Below, piece by piece: positions 13,115 through 25,898 of a DNA stretch of 64,000 nt. The DNA comes from Marsupella aquatica (lineage: Eukaryota > Plantae > Marchantiophyta): NCBI GenBank assembly GCA_973895155.1, contig OZ316898.1:9824286-9888285 (forward strand), given 5' to 3'. Positions within the stretch are counted from its first letter, which is position 1; every line of letters begins with the position of its first letter. A program made the position numbers and the translations under genes. The notes under the pieces are model-generated. The model was not told the DNA's origin. It did no database searches and saw only the letters and a list, made by a program, of their open reading frames with translations.

Positions 13115-14271
13115 GGAGAGCAATTGTTTTTTCATTCAGATGGACAGAGAAACTGAAATAGGGTAAGAGAGAATGACGAGGGATCGGGATAGGGATGGGA
13201 AAGTGGAGTTATTTGTCTATAATTCACATGGATGGACTGTTAGTCAAGGATGGAGCGGGAGTCATCCCGTTGCAAATTGAAATCACAGTGCCATATAGTA
13301 CGAGTGTGTCTGTGAGTGAGTAGTGAGTAAGTGAGTGAGTCAGAGGCTTCAATGTGACATGTTTTCAGCAACAAATAATTTTTGTCTCCAGATCTTTGGT
13401 CTACAAAAGGAGCAAGAGGACAGCATGGTAGGGAGGTTCTTTATGTACCCCACAGGCGAGCTCAAATCTTTCTGGGAATAAAATCTGGGCTGGGGTTTTG
13501 TGAGAAAAGGGTCTGCGAATTGACGTGTTTCCATTGAGGAAACTTTGAGATGGGCTGTGCTCGATTGAATTTTTGTCTAGAATCGTTAATTACTTCGTAC
13601 ACACTGAGAAATTATCAATTCAATGGAGAGTTGGTAGAAGGGTCGTCCTTGAAACCATTGAACCAATAGACCTTCCAATGGATGTACAAAATTCTGTATC
13701 TAGTCTGGAAGATCTGGAAGTGTAATAGGAATATTATAACCTCATTAGGGCACATATGATAGATCAGAACTCCGGCCTACTGCACATAGTTTGGACTTTT
13801 GACTAGCTCTATGACTGCACTCTCGTTTAGGGTGGCTCTTACGACAGAAATTTGTTTCTATAGAGCCTGTTGCCATGTCTGGATTATGAACAGCTGCAGA
13901 GCTAAATGAGAATCTTAAATTCCAACCTCTTACTTGGATTGAGCTGGGAAGTGCAACTGGAAATTTTTAGAATGTTTCGCACTCGAGAATTGAATATGAA
14001 TTAAAATATCAGCTCTCAGTGCCAATACTGTAGCCTGTTTCAATCTTTTGCCGTCCAGCGTGCTTGAAGATCTTTCAATGATTTTAGGTTTGCTTGAGCT
14101 TCTACTAACGCTACATGGTAGTCTTCTGATTGTGTATCCTCTTCTAATTGTATCTATCCAGCTTCCGCTTCTCACGGTTCCGACTTCACCCCTGCTATCT
14201 GTTATGTTCCTGCTCTTAAACCACACCTGCCCATATAAAAGCCTCATTCCCTCCCTCACTACTCCTCATTC

Positions 14272-14450
14272 CTGTCCTGTGAACAGTGTCTCACCATAAA
14301 AGGTGGAGCACTTGCCAGTAAAAGGCTTTGCACTCACCATCTTTTGTGAAGCTCAAGCCCACTGTCCTGTGAACAGCGTCTCACCATAAAAGGTGGAGCA
14401 CTTGCCAGTAAAAGGCTTTGCACTCACCATGTTTTGTGGAGCTCAAGCCA
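14272..14450. repeat. Tandem duplication, 91-bp period, 2 near-identical copies
   Basis: tgtcctgtgaacag.gtctcaccataaaaggtggagcacttgccagtaaaaggctttgcactcaccat.ttttgtg.agctcaagcc twice. Confidence 0.92.
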
Positions 14451-15426
14451 TTCCTGAACCTGTGCACTTTTTAATGAAAGCTACAGGTAACCCGAAGCTC
14501 TTTGTAGGGGTAGGTGTGGCTTTAAAAGTCCCTTAAACAACAGGAGAATGTCATCCAAGCTAGTTATGAAAGGTTGCATCGAATTGAGGACTAATTACTG
14601 CTGCGTGATAAGCACTTATTGTCGACTGAATCTTATCACTAACTTTCAAGGCATTTAATAGTGGGCTCGCTACAACGCAATTTATCTCCTAGAGTTTTGC
14701 TCCGTTCAGGAGTGTCTTCAACAGCCTGGATTAGAATATGAGAAGAGGTATTGGAACAAAAAGGTGTCCTAAGCGTTAGTTGAATTAGTTTGATTGGATC
14801 AGCTCGTCATCAGGACGATGCCCTTTCGATCAGGACTCTCCACAAGGTTCCACGAGCTCTCTTCTGTAGGTATGCACTTCCTGATGTGACCAAGTTCGAT
14901 GTACAGTTGCCCAGCAAACATCGGACCTGATACGAAGCTAGTTAGCAATGATACATCTGTGTAAGCTTAGTGTAGCTCTTCTGTGTATGTCAAAACTGTA
15001 TGTGCCCACGAAAGAATGAATTTATTTGCAAATCCAATGGAGAGGACTAGAATTTACATGAAACAGAAGATGGCCAAGATGGCATCATTCAGAAGCTATG
15101 ACATAAGCTAATCGATGTACTGCGAAGACATGCAGCCTGTGTGGACTTCAAACTATACACAAGTTAGCTCACGGTTCCTAGTGATCTGCTGCAGAGTAGC
15201 AAGATAAGCGCTTCAAGATGAAATTCTCGAAGGACTTTTAAAAAGGCAATGCAGAGTGCTTCTTAAGGTTCATCTGACATCAGAAGCAAGTGGGAAAGTC
15301 AAATTGATGTCTAGATCGAATATCTGCGGAATGGGCTGAATGAATCGAAATTACTTTACTGATCTACGGAATTATATGTACACAATATAGCTGACTTTGT
15401 TTTCAAACGGAGCATTCTAATCCACA

Positions 15427-17039
15427 TTATACACTATTACTATCCGGTTCGCTGTCGGTAACTGGTGGAGTATACCAAATTTGTGGTGCTGCAGCCCTGA
15501 TGAACTCAGTAAGCTTTCCGATAACTACAAAATCGTTCTCATCCCTTGCTTTACAAACCGCAAAATGATCAGCAGTTCTATCAATGTAGGAATCATCAAC
15601 ATATTGTGTGGCCGAATATTCCCCTACAACGACTTTGGCATTAAAACCCTGCAATATAAAATTCCAAAGAAAAGTCAGTTCAGGTTTGGAAACTGCTTCA
15701 TGGGGATTCCAATTTACAGCTCAACTATTTGCTAAACCAAAATCTCTTCAGCTGGTGATGCAAAACTTAACGGGTCTGCTCCAATTTGCATTGAAGTTAG
15801 TTTAAATGAACATACGAACTACCTATTGACTGTCGCTTACAATCAAGTTCTCGGGTGAAATTGCAAATGAGAAAGAATGAAAGTTTACTTCGAGTTGGAA
15901 GAGAAAGTTTTGAAGGCATCTAAAGTCGGCCTCATCTTAGTGGTCGTCTCAAGGAAACTAACATTTTAGTTCGAGTAGAAAGATTGTCTGCGAGCCTCAC
16001 CTGATAGGTCGTCTCCCGACCTTCCACCACCGCGTAGGACCGCGATTTTGAGATCTTTTGTTGTTTTCTAAACAATTCGTTTATCCTTGCCCTCTTGTTA
16101 TCTGCCGTTTTGAGAAGTCCCAGGATGGGACTCGTGTCTACCAGTTTACCTGCAAACTCTGTGAGCCTTGAGTCTGCTACCTCAGAACCTGCATGCGGGG
16201 TAGCGTAATAAAACGCTCCTTTAAAGCTTCCCAGAAATGTTCGAATTTTATCGATGCATTGCTGGTGGTCCCCACCTTCTTTCATACTTAGCTGTTTTAC
16301 AGCAGAAAGAATGAACTGCTTCATTACAATCCCACCCAGACTGTGTCCCACAAGGAAAACTGGGCGATTATGACCTATGTCAATGTTGCTATCTAGTATA
16401 TCACTGACCAGATTTCCCCCAAGGTTATACATATCCAATTGGCCTTCAGGTCGTGTTGCACTAGAATTGTATGAGATGGATAGTATACGCGCATTAGGAA
16501 GTCTCTTTCTGAGCCAGTCCTTTGGCCAAACCACCGTACTGTCATTTCTGGCTAGCCAAGTCTTCCAAAATGCATCTTCAAAATCACCAATCTGGAGACC
16601 GTGGAAAAATATTATGTCCACATCAGGTAACGGAGGAGAGCAAAATTGCCAAACCGAGTCGTTGAGCTGCGCTTTCAGAAAACATGCATTGTGTCAGTTT
16701 TTTTGAAAACCCAACCCTTGCAAGGCAAGAACTCTCGCAACCTAATTCTACCTAAAGCGTCCAATCTAATGGATTAAGGTGCCAATTAAATTCCATTCCT
16801 TTTTCAAGTGCGATACACTCTCGTGGTACTAGGAGAGACGGTTCACGGAGTAGACTTAGCTCTATTACGAAACTGACTCCTAATTACTAATTCTAAGATG
16901 CATAAATTTCAAGTTGCCAATGGAACAACGAAGATGCCAATTTAAGATGGACACTGACGTTACTGATCACTAACCTGGGTTATGCCCTTAGGTGGGGCTG
17001 CCTCGTGAGGCCCAGCGGTGCCCGTAGCCAGGTGCAAAA
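15427..17039 (-). CDS. Stand-alone alpha/beta-hydrolase (SERAC1/PGAP1/SesB-like; resembles liverwort hydrolase-NLR N-terminal domain), Ser nucleophile; exons 17039-16975, 16666-16001, 15648-15427; start exon unresolved
   Basis: DIIFFHGLQ, VWPKDWL, ARILSISY, PVFLVGHSLGG, FYYATPHAGS, ADHFAVCK motifs; canonical GT-AG junctions preserve frame. Confidence 0.85.
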
Positions 17040-17949
17040 CTGCAGACAATGAAAAGTCATGCATGAGTCCATGTAATCCTGCCTGAGCGAAGCATTCAAT
17101 CAAAGCTTCAGGGAATAAATTAAGCTCGGAATCGAAAGCCCTAAACCTTAAACACTATATATACTCCATCCGCGGTGTCAAATGGTACTTATTCAAAGCG
17201 AAGTACTTCGGAACTGAAGTCATGATCGGTTCAAGCAAGAATACCAGAAGCCAGCAACCTTAGATAATCACATTCTAGCGCTATATACTCGTGAACAGTT
17301 ATATCAGTAATCTCCTTAAACGAAAAATATGATTCCTAGAATCACGCTCGGGCTCCAAATTCCGTTCAACCCGGCCGGACGAAGTACTATCCACCCCTTC
17401 GGCGTAGATCAAGGTATGACATATCCCCCAATAAAGAGATGGGGCTATTTGCAGATTTACAAAAAGAAGGACGTCTAGCTAGAACTGGAGCCCTGATAAT
17501 GATGGGAAAGCCTCCGTCCTGGGAATCCCTCCGTCCTCGGAGGACTCCCAGGGATGACAGAATCACGGAGAATGTTGCCGACTGAGGGCGTCGAGGCCTC
17601 CGACAGAGCACCTGGTTTCCTTACATTTTTTGGCGAAGAAAGCCATAGTACTCGTTGATCAGCTCAATTGGAACTGCTCCAGCACAACTCCACTGGCCAA
17701 GCCCAACTCCACTGGCCAAGCCCAACCTCCCAGTTCCAAGCCCAATTCTCAACCTGGGAGAATGTTGTGAAATAATCTAGGAGGCACTAGTTTACCCCCA
17801 TCAGCACAACTCTAGTAGTAATGTAGGTTGGAGTCGGTCTCCAAGCGCGAAACTGAACTTCAGTTTTCCACTAACCACCGTTGTCGATGAGATCCGATCG
17901 CAAACAAAAGCCAGGCCTGCGTTAATCACCACTCTTGGGGAAATCCTAC

Positions 17950-18680
17950 GGTACTTAAGTAGCTCAGGTGAGGACATCTACAAAACAGTACGGGTAGTGC
18001 ATAGGAAACTTGCAATATTCGTTCATGCCCTCTTGCTGTGAAGCCTTCCGCGTAATGGACTGCTCTGACGCAAACGCGACATGTCAATGGCACTGTGAAG
18101 TGTCTGAACGTGTGTGCACTCGGTAACTTGGCTTCCAAGCAAGTGAAGCTCGCGGTTGCCTTGAAAGCCGCAAGTAGATCAGCATCACTAAGAAATGCCC
18201 ACGGTTGCAACAAGTAGATCATGCGTTGTTCTGGTTTATCCGAAATTCCAGACTCTTTTCAGTGTATTTCAAGTCAAGGGTGTGTGAACTGTGGGGAGAA
18301 CGCCATGTTGAGCACAGTCATCCCACGGTAAGAAAAAAATGTCACCCTAGTCCAGCCTTCGGCGAGGCTTCCTGCTAGCTGACATTGGGGGATTGCATGC
18401 TATAGTGTTTCGATGGTCAGACTCATTTTATCAAAGGCACCTTCAAAAGTTCCTGTCCTGGACCTACGGTAGTGCGCTTGTTTGCACCCTCGTCCCCTAG
18501 GCTCTGAGCTACAATACCAAGGCACCAGAGATTCAGAGAAACGTTTGACGAGAGGGCTAGAGGAGTCATTAATGACCACCACTGACCGCCTTGAAGTTTG
18601 ATCAAAGTTTGCAGAAGTTTGCAGTCAGAACTCGGAGAATTACCTGGCTCCTTCACCTGGTTCCCACCTTCATGGAAGCC
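17950..18680 (+). pseudogene. Degenerate LRR-like fragments (possible NLR relic)
   Basis: Broken frames yield ISITKKCPRLQQV, IMRCSGLSEIPDSF, VLDLR*CACL and LIKVCRSLQSELGELPGSF, resembling LxIxxCxxLxxLPxSF repeats. Confidence 0.4.
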
Positions 18681-19996
18681 ACGTTCACCAAGGAATGACG
18701 TTCACTACTGTATAATTATAACTAAAAAGTCAAAGAACACAGTTTTAGGGTCAGAATTTGGTCATCTCCCCGACCAGGAAACGAGTCGATAGCGGGGACA
18801 GAGACGAGCACAGTAGGACGGGATAGGACTCATGTCGGAGGACCCACACGCTTTCCAGCAGCCTAAGGAATCTTGTGGACCTAGTGATACACTTTTCTCA
18901 GTAGCTAGCTATGATCTAGCTTTCACCTCGAAAGCTATTTTTTATTCCAACAATAAATAACACACACGGTTTCTGGATGGCTGTGATCTCTAACTCGAAC
19001 AATGGTCCTCACCAGCAGTTTTGCCTTTCGGAAAAGGAAGCAAGGACCAATTTACCCAACAGGGCCAAACACAGTACGGTGTTGTATCCTGTCACATTAT
19101 TTGAATGAAAAAGATACAGTCGCGGAGGACAAAACCAAAACCCAGGGGCCAACGAGGTCGTCAACATGGAGTTTTGCTACAGTAGTTCCGCACCTGCTGG
19201 GAAGCCACGCGCGTTTACTAAAAGGGAACCTGTTCACTACAGCTAGGCAAAGCTGCTTTATGTCCCGCGTTTGGTGATCTGAACAAGGGAACAATTCAAC
19301 GAGACATAGGACTCATGTTCGAGGATCCACACGCTTTTCGCATTGCCGGATGAATCCGGTACATTACAAATACGTCGATCAGACACGATGCTCTCTCACT
19401 CTAACAGCATTAAGAGCACTGATCGATTGATACAACCTTGCAACAGCATCGAGCTCCAACAAGTAGCACGATATCGTCTTGCTAGAGCGGAAACAGACAT
19501 TACTTCGCGCTACGAACTGAGGTCCTGAGTGGATCGCTTGACAATATACACGAACTTCACTGAGTAGTCAGGGTGTGCGCGCAGACCGAGATAGCGAAGG
19601 CGGACATAGAAACTCGGAGATTCGCCTTGCCCAGTTGATCCGTGCAGGAGCAGTCACGGGTGTGCTTGCGACTACAATCATGCATTTGTTTGGAAAACAA
19701 GGTTACTAATACAGTGCTTTGTAATGACGCCTTCTTTGATTGCAGTTCTGAACTGTATCTCGTTTCAAATTAGTGATATCGTTTGTCTTCGAATAGTACT
19801 AGGGGTTTCTAGTTCACCGATTATCTGGCTGCTTCTAGCTTCTCTTTCCATAATACACAGAGTGAACACTGAAGAGCTTCTCTTTTGATATATGCCACTG
19901 TCTATTATACCACGGAGTAAAGTGGGCTCCAGCATTATATTTGGACTATCAGTTCCAATACTGACGCATATTTTGCCATTACTTACTTGTGTACAG

Positions 19997-21418
19997 CTGC
20001 AGCTAGCACCGATCCGATCCCACCTCCGGGCTTAACGGTAAGTGCGTGATCGTTGATACGAGCGTCCTTTTGTAGTAGTGCATATTTACTTCTGAAATAC
20101 TTGAAATTTAGCCGGGCATCTTGGAAATGTACGTTATCCTACCCTTTAGGTGTGCAAATTTAAAAATTAAAATGGGCTCTTGTATTTCGCGTTAGAACAA
20201 ATTTCTTTACACTGTCTGTCTAATCAATCAAAACTGAGCAAATGTTATAAACTCTATCACATGCAGGTGGACGCAAAGCTTAACGGTTCCGTTTGGGAAC
20301 TTTACTGTCCTGACGAAGAGCCTGATGCGGACATAATCCTCTTTCACGGTCTTCAGATGGGTGAGAGGTACGAGGAGGCATTTTGGAAGACCTGGCTGGC
20401 CAAGAACCAGGAGCAGCTTGTCTGGCCTAAGGATTGGCTGAGCAAGAGACTTCTTAATGCAAGGATACTGTCAGTGTCATACAATTCTAGTGCAAGCAAA
20501 GTGAAAGGCGAAACTACTCAAGGTGACATGGTAATACTAGGGGGAGATTTGGTCCAGGATATCGTTCTGGATACAGAGCACGATATCGGTCAGAAGTGCC
20601 CGGTATTTCTAGTAGGTCACTGCCTGGGCGGAATTGTCATTAAGCAATTTATTTCATCGGTCATTAGCGAGCAACAGTTCTATGAGCGGAGGGACGATCA
20701 GAGAGCGAACGAGCAGTGGAAACTCGATAGAACCGCTACATTCCTTGAAAACTTTAAAGGAGCATTCTTCTATGGTACCCCCAATGGAGGTATTCCTGAT
20801 AATGTAACACCGTTTGCAAATCGATCGAATAACGCGAGTCCTATTTTGAAACTTCTGAGAACACTTGACACTGAGAGAGGAAGAATCAACGAAGAGTTTA
20901 GACAACTGCGCTCCAATATGCATGTATCAACTTTCGGGATTGCGGAGGGCCGTGAGACTAACTGTGCGGTAAGTCGCGCCCACATGATTTCAAGAAAGTT
21001 TCTTTCTCAATTTTCCAACTCAGCTGTCATTAATTTGAAGCGATTTTCACTTCAAATTAATAAAGCTTCTATGTACGCGTTTTTTCCACCAATGAAGAAA
21101 TTTTGGATAATTTGGAGGTTTCAATCTAATTTCAATTTCTATGATGTAGCTGTCTTGAACTACCTAATTGACCTTTGATTTTGTAATTGTTCATTGCAGG
21201 GTTTTCGTGGCGTAGTTGTTCCAGAGGGATCGGCTCGATACGATGTTGACGACTACTACACTCATCGCACAGCAGATCATTTCGAGGTCTGTCAAGCAAC
21301 AACCATGGCGGATGCTACAGTCATTGGAAAGCTTATTAACTTCATATCTAATGCCGTGCCAACAATCAAGTCGCGTAGTGCACAAGAGGCCAAACGAGAA
21401 GCTAAACTTTTACTGTAA
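19997..21418 (+). CDS. Second stand-alone alpha/beta-hydrolase paralog with GHCLG at the nucleophile elbow; exons 19997-20037, 20267(or 20279)-20968, 21200-21418; possible ATG mini-exon at 19680
   Basis: DIILFHGLQ, VWPKDWL, ARILSVSY, PVFLVGHCLGG, FFYGTP, ADHFEVCQ; same intron positions and phases as the minus-strand paralog. Confidence 0.85.
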
Positions 21419-24400
21419 ATCCAAATAGCCTCCCACTGAGGGTATGCAATCAAACCATGCTACTTAATTCAAGTGATCAGAATCGATTCACAAACATTGA
21501 AGAGGGAGAGAAAACCTATGTGTAACTTATCGGTCCGCTCAACAAGCTGCCATATAGCGCGCAGTTCAGATCAAGGCTAGGATGTAGGTAGTCTCTTGAC
21601 TTGGCTGCCCCTCAGTCCTGTGGTTTGTGATCTTGATGGTAAATATTCCGTCATTGTATAGACTTGTAGTTCGATGGCCCAAGTTGGACCCGGTGGACTT
21701 GTAAATCCATTCATTCTCGTTGTTTATATTCCTAATCCTGACACTAACTTTATTTGCACATTCCACAGACTCGAAATCCTTTCGGAGTCACCGCTTCTGT
21801 TCAAGATTTCTAGGCCTGACCTTTATATTCTGTCTGATTGTGGCCTGTAATTAGTGTACTTCAGTTTCAGTGAGATGCTCATGTGCGAGTCTTGTGAAAC
21901 CTATAGTAAGTCTTTGACCAACTTACAGCTCTTCCGAATGACGTAGAGCTTGGACGACATGTTACGAATGGGAAGTTCGTCTCTGTCAAACAACAACAAA
22001 AGTAGAGCAACTATGTCCCAACAATTTGTCCTCCCAGGTGGGTATTATGAAAAGCTGTTGGACGGGAGAGGGCTGGATCACAAAATATATACGCCGCGTT
22101 CAACCAACAGTCTGGCCCAAAGTTCGTCATACTCGCTCAGATTGGGAATAGGAGGCATGAAGGTTGTGGATAACACTGTCAACAACCGCAAACATCCTTG
22201 CTGTTCCGTAAACAAACTCAAAACCTTTCACAGATTTCTGACGTAGTTTTCGCCCAGTTCTCACATACTCCCTTGGGATGACCATCAGCCTAATTAATCC
22301 AGTCTATGGTGCAGCATATGAATTTTGAACCTCCAAGTCTCCAATGAACTCCTGAATAGTCAACCTCAACATCCCAACCGATGGATTCCCATTGAACCGA
22401 GCTTGTCAGCTGTAGATTTGAATTGACCCATCATGACCGTCGCCCTTACTCCACATCTGATGACAAATGACAAACCCTCAACCTCTCCAAGTTTGCTGAA
22501 TCCGACTTATGTGAGTCAGAGATTTACAGTGTCCTTTCAAGGGAAAATATATATGGCTTCTATCTCCCCTGCCCGGGCCCCTGTCCCTGCTTCTAGGTGT
22601 GGTCTGTTGGCTCTGGTTTTCTGACTACTGTAGCTCTTGGGAGTTCACTATCCCCGGTCCCTTGCTTCTATGCTTACCCTTTTGATATTCAGAATCAGTT
22701 GCCTCATGGGTTTTCTGAATGGTGAGTATTAGATGGTCATAGCACCAGTTGATTGATAGCTGGATCTAATGGCCTAATGACATTATAAGCACTGGCAATA
22801 AAATCACAACTGCACCTATATATAAAGACCTACAGGTTGCACCTCCATGACATCCATATCATTTCTTTGCATACATCTCATTTGCTTGTTTTCTTGTACC
22901 AGACAATGTATTTTTATTTCCATTTCGATGTTGATTTTCAGTGATTAGTGTTTCCTTGGCAACTGCTGGTTCACTTACATATTTCAATACACTATGGCAC
23001 AACACCATATGTGACGACAAATAACACATGTCACAACAAATTCATAAGCATAACCTGCAACAAAAATACAAAGCAAATCTAGACAGTGGTTTAAGACACC
23101 CAAAATCCCCATTGAACGTGAGTAACTTCTGTTCTTTCTAGTTACCTCTTTTCATATGTACTGTGGATATTGTAGGTATGGCACACAATCTGACACTTAG
23201 CCTAAGATAACTCTTATGGGAATGGTGCCAAGGACTAATAAACATTCTCTTGCCTAGCTGCCAAAACCCTTCACTAAATATCATTTATGGGACAGACTAT
23301 ATATACTTAACCTGGCTAGACATGATCACTGGATCAGCTAAAATGGCTGCCCTGATAGGACTCCAGGCAGCCAGTTTGGTGACCCCCCCCACAAGATAAA
23401 ATGGAGATAGATTCCCTGGGCAAGTGTGATCAAGTTTTGACAAGCAAACTTGAGAAAAAAAATGAAGTCCGACATAGCCCGGGACATAGGCAACCCAAAC
23501 AAAGAAGCAGGGGAACAGGAAAAACAGAAACAAGCAGAACTGGTGACCTAATATCCCAAGCCAAAGGTACTGGCCATCTGGGTCCAACTACAATAGGTAC
23601 TGGCAAGTTATCTTACCAGCCACTCTGGGATTCCCTAAAGGACGACCAGAGCTACCACTGGGATCCCATGAACAAGGAAATTTTGGCAATTTGATTCCTC
23701 CAGAAAACAAAAATAAAACCTTTGTTATAATCCATCTATTTAACTAATAAAGCGCAATCAAAAGCTACTCCCTAGCCCTAATGTTTATTTAGAGTGAAAC
23801 CTCTAGACAATGACTCTAACTGAGGAAGGCATACCTGAAAGTGAGAGTGCAGGCAAAACCAGGGATAGCCGTAAAAAAGATGAGCAAGAAGAGCATGGAG
23901 TTTTTTTCTGCAAGTTTTTTTCCCCCCTCCTAATCTATATAACATTCAAGGAATAGGTAACAAGCTACCCCTTAGGGCCCATAGAGGCATGGCTGTGTGG
24001 TAGCTCACTTGAGTAGTGATTTATTAGGCTCAAATGTTATGACCAAATTTTCCTTTTCTGTGAGATTTCACAGACTTCCCCTTTAAAAGAGTTTATTGAA
24101 AAAAAACTAAAAAAACAAATCCTTAGGCCTGTAGAGAGTGAAGCCTAGCCTTTAGACTGTGACTCTAATCAGGGCATAACTGACAGTGAAGGTGCAGACA
24201 GAAACATGAATGGGAGCAAAACATGAATGGGAAATAGTAAGGAATCATTTTTTTGCAAGTTCTTTTTTTTGCCTTCACCTTGATCTACTTTCAAAGAACC
24301 AGTAATCAGGATAGTGATCGATCCTAACAAAACAGAGGGCATGGATTGGACTATTACAACCACTCAAAGTACTACCATAGCTCTTGCACATTCACGTTTG

Positions 24401-25199
24401 GGCATGGTTCAGTCCACATCAGACTAGAGGCACTCCAGCCCAAAATTATTTATGTCTTATTGTATTATTGACAAACGTCACAGGCAGCAGGAAAAGACAA
24501 CCTTGAGGGCCAGAACAAAGACCAGCAAGCAATGCAGAACGGCCAACCAATATCTAGAACCAAAATTGTTTTGAGATGAGGTTCAAAAAATGCAGATTTT
24601 ATAATTCAGGAGGTCAGACTTTAAATTAATTCAGAGAACCTGACCAATCCACATCAGCATATTATTGGGTCCTATGCTTGGCCTATAAGATTGGTTGATA
24701 CCATACTTGAATGGTCCCCCCTGTCTTTTAGTGTACAGCTAGTTACAAACATTTCCTTTCAATCCAAGAGCCCCTGAGTAGATTGATCATTCCAGCTCAT
24801 TAGCTTTTCTACTCAAGTAATGCCCTAGTGTTCAGTTCTCAAATTAAAATGGTCAGTTCTCAACTGTCTCATCAATTGTCTTGGAAGGCAACTTCAAGAG
24901 TTAGGACCACCTTCTAATGAGAGTGTGCAACAAAAGGAAACTCTCAAAGCTAGACATGTTCCTCAATATTTGGCTACTCCTGCTAATCAATGCAAGTTGA
25001 AAGTATGAGGACGGTACCGCTCCCTTACTTGGCCCCTCGTTAGATCTTGATCCAAAATCTAATTTGAGAGTTTTAGTCACTTCACCAGCTAGGATGGCAT
25101 TTATAGTGAAAAGTTAATTGGTGAATATTTTCCAATTTGGCAGTCCTAGGAGGGTTGCTGCAAACTCTACAAAGTGATCAGTATGGACAAGATCTAACA

Positions 25200-25520
25200 G
25201 TTCACATGTGGCAGTACAATACACAGGAACCAGTTCTTGTGAAACAAATCATATTTTGATTAACCCAGATTGAGTTCCACAAGGCAGGAGTGAATTCCCT
25301 TGGGGATATGGTTTTTGCAGATCCTATTGGCGCCGGCCATGTTGCAATTGTTCCCCATGTACCAGGCTCAAGGAGGAGGCCTATGCAGGTCACTCACTAC
25401 CCGGGGGATATGTTTTATTGTTTACTCTGGAGGGGCTCTACACCCTATCTTCAGCTGTTTTTTCTTGTCATGTGCAGTCTACTCTGTTGAGTGATGGTCT
25501 CATGCTCCGATTTCTGTCCT
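25200..25520 (+). mobile_element. Dispersed repeat fragment, probably a non-LTR retroelement remnant
   Basis: ggccatgttgca...ggctcaaggaggaggcctatg...ctacccgg...ctct.caccct shared with 43510-43640. Confidence 0.5.
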
Positions 25521-25898
25521 CATTGCCTTCTTTAGACAATGAGTGTCACTTTGTACTACACAGGGATCAGACATTCACTATTTTGCAGACTGGGATTTTT
25601 GTAATTACTCTTCCTGACCCCCTCATGCAGTTTACTCCTGGGCTGGATCTTTAGTTCCTTGAGAGCATCAAGATGCAAGTCCCAGATGATTAGCTAAGCC
25701 AGCTCTACCTCCCACTCCTTCCACACAGAAAGAGCACCCATAAGTAGGATGTTTAATGCAATAAGACAGGTATCAAATTCCCAACCATACATACGCCTGG
25801 AAACAAATTGGTCGGACAAATTTCACCATAGTACTTTCGAAATTGATGTTAAGACGGCAGAGTTATACTTTCAAACTCAAAAACTTTGATGTACAGAG

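Larger units (their letters stand above)
8775..14033. repeat. Segmental duplication copy A (GRXS16 + IPMI-SSU + flanks)
   Basis: Colinear, visibly alignable similarity to ~25675-31326 across exons, intron, intergenic region and 3' flanks. Confidence 0.92.

Noticed and set aside
20969-21178. Hydrophobic C-terminus of the 332-aa ORF as a membrane anchor
   Set aside because: Read-through into an intron (GTAAGT at 20969); the paralog splices at the same position
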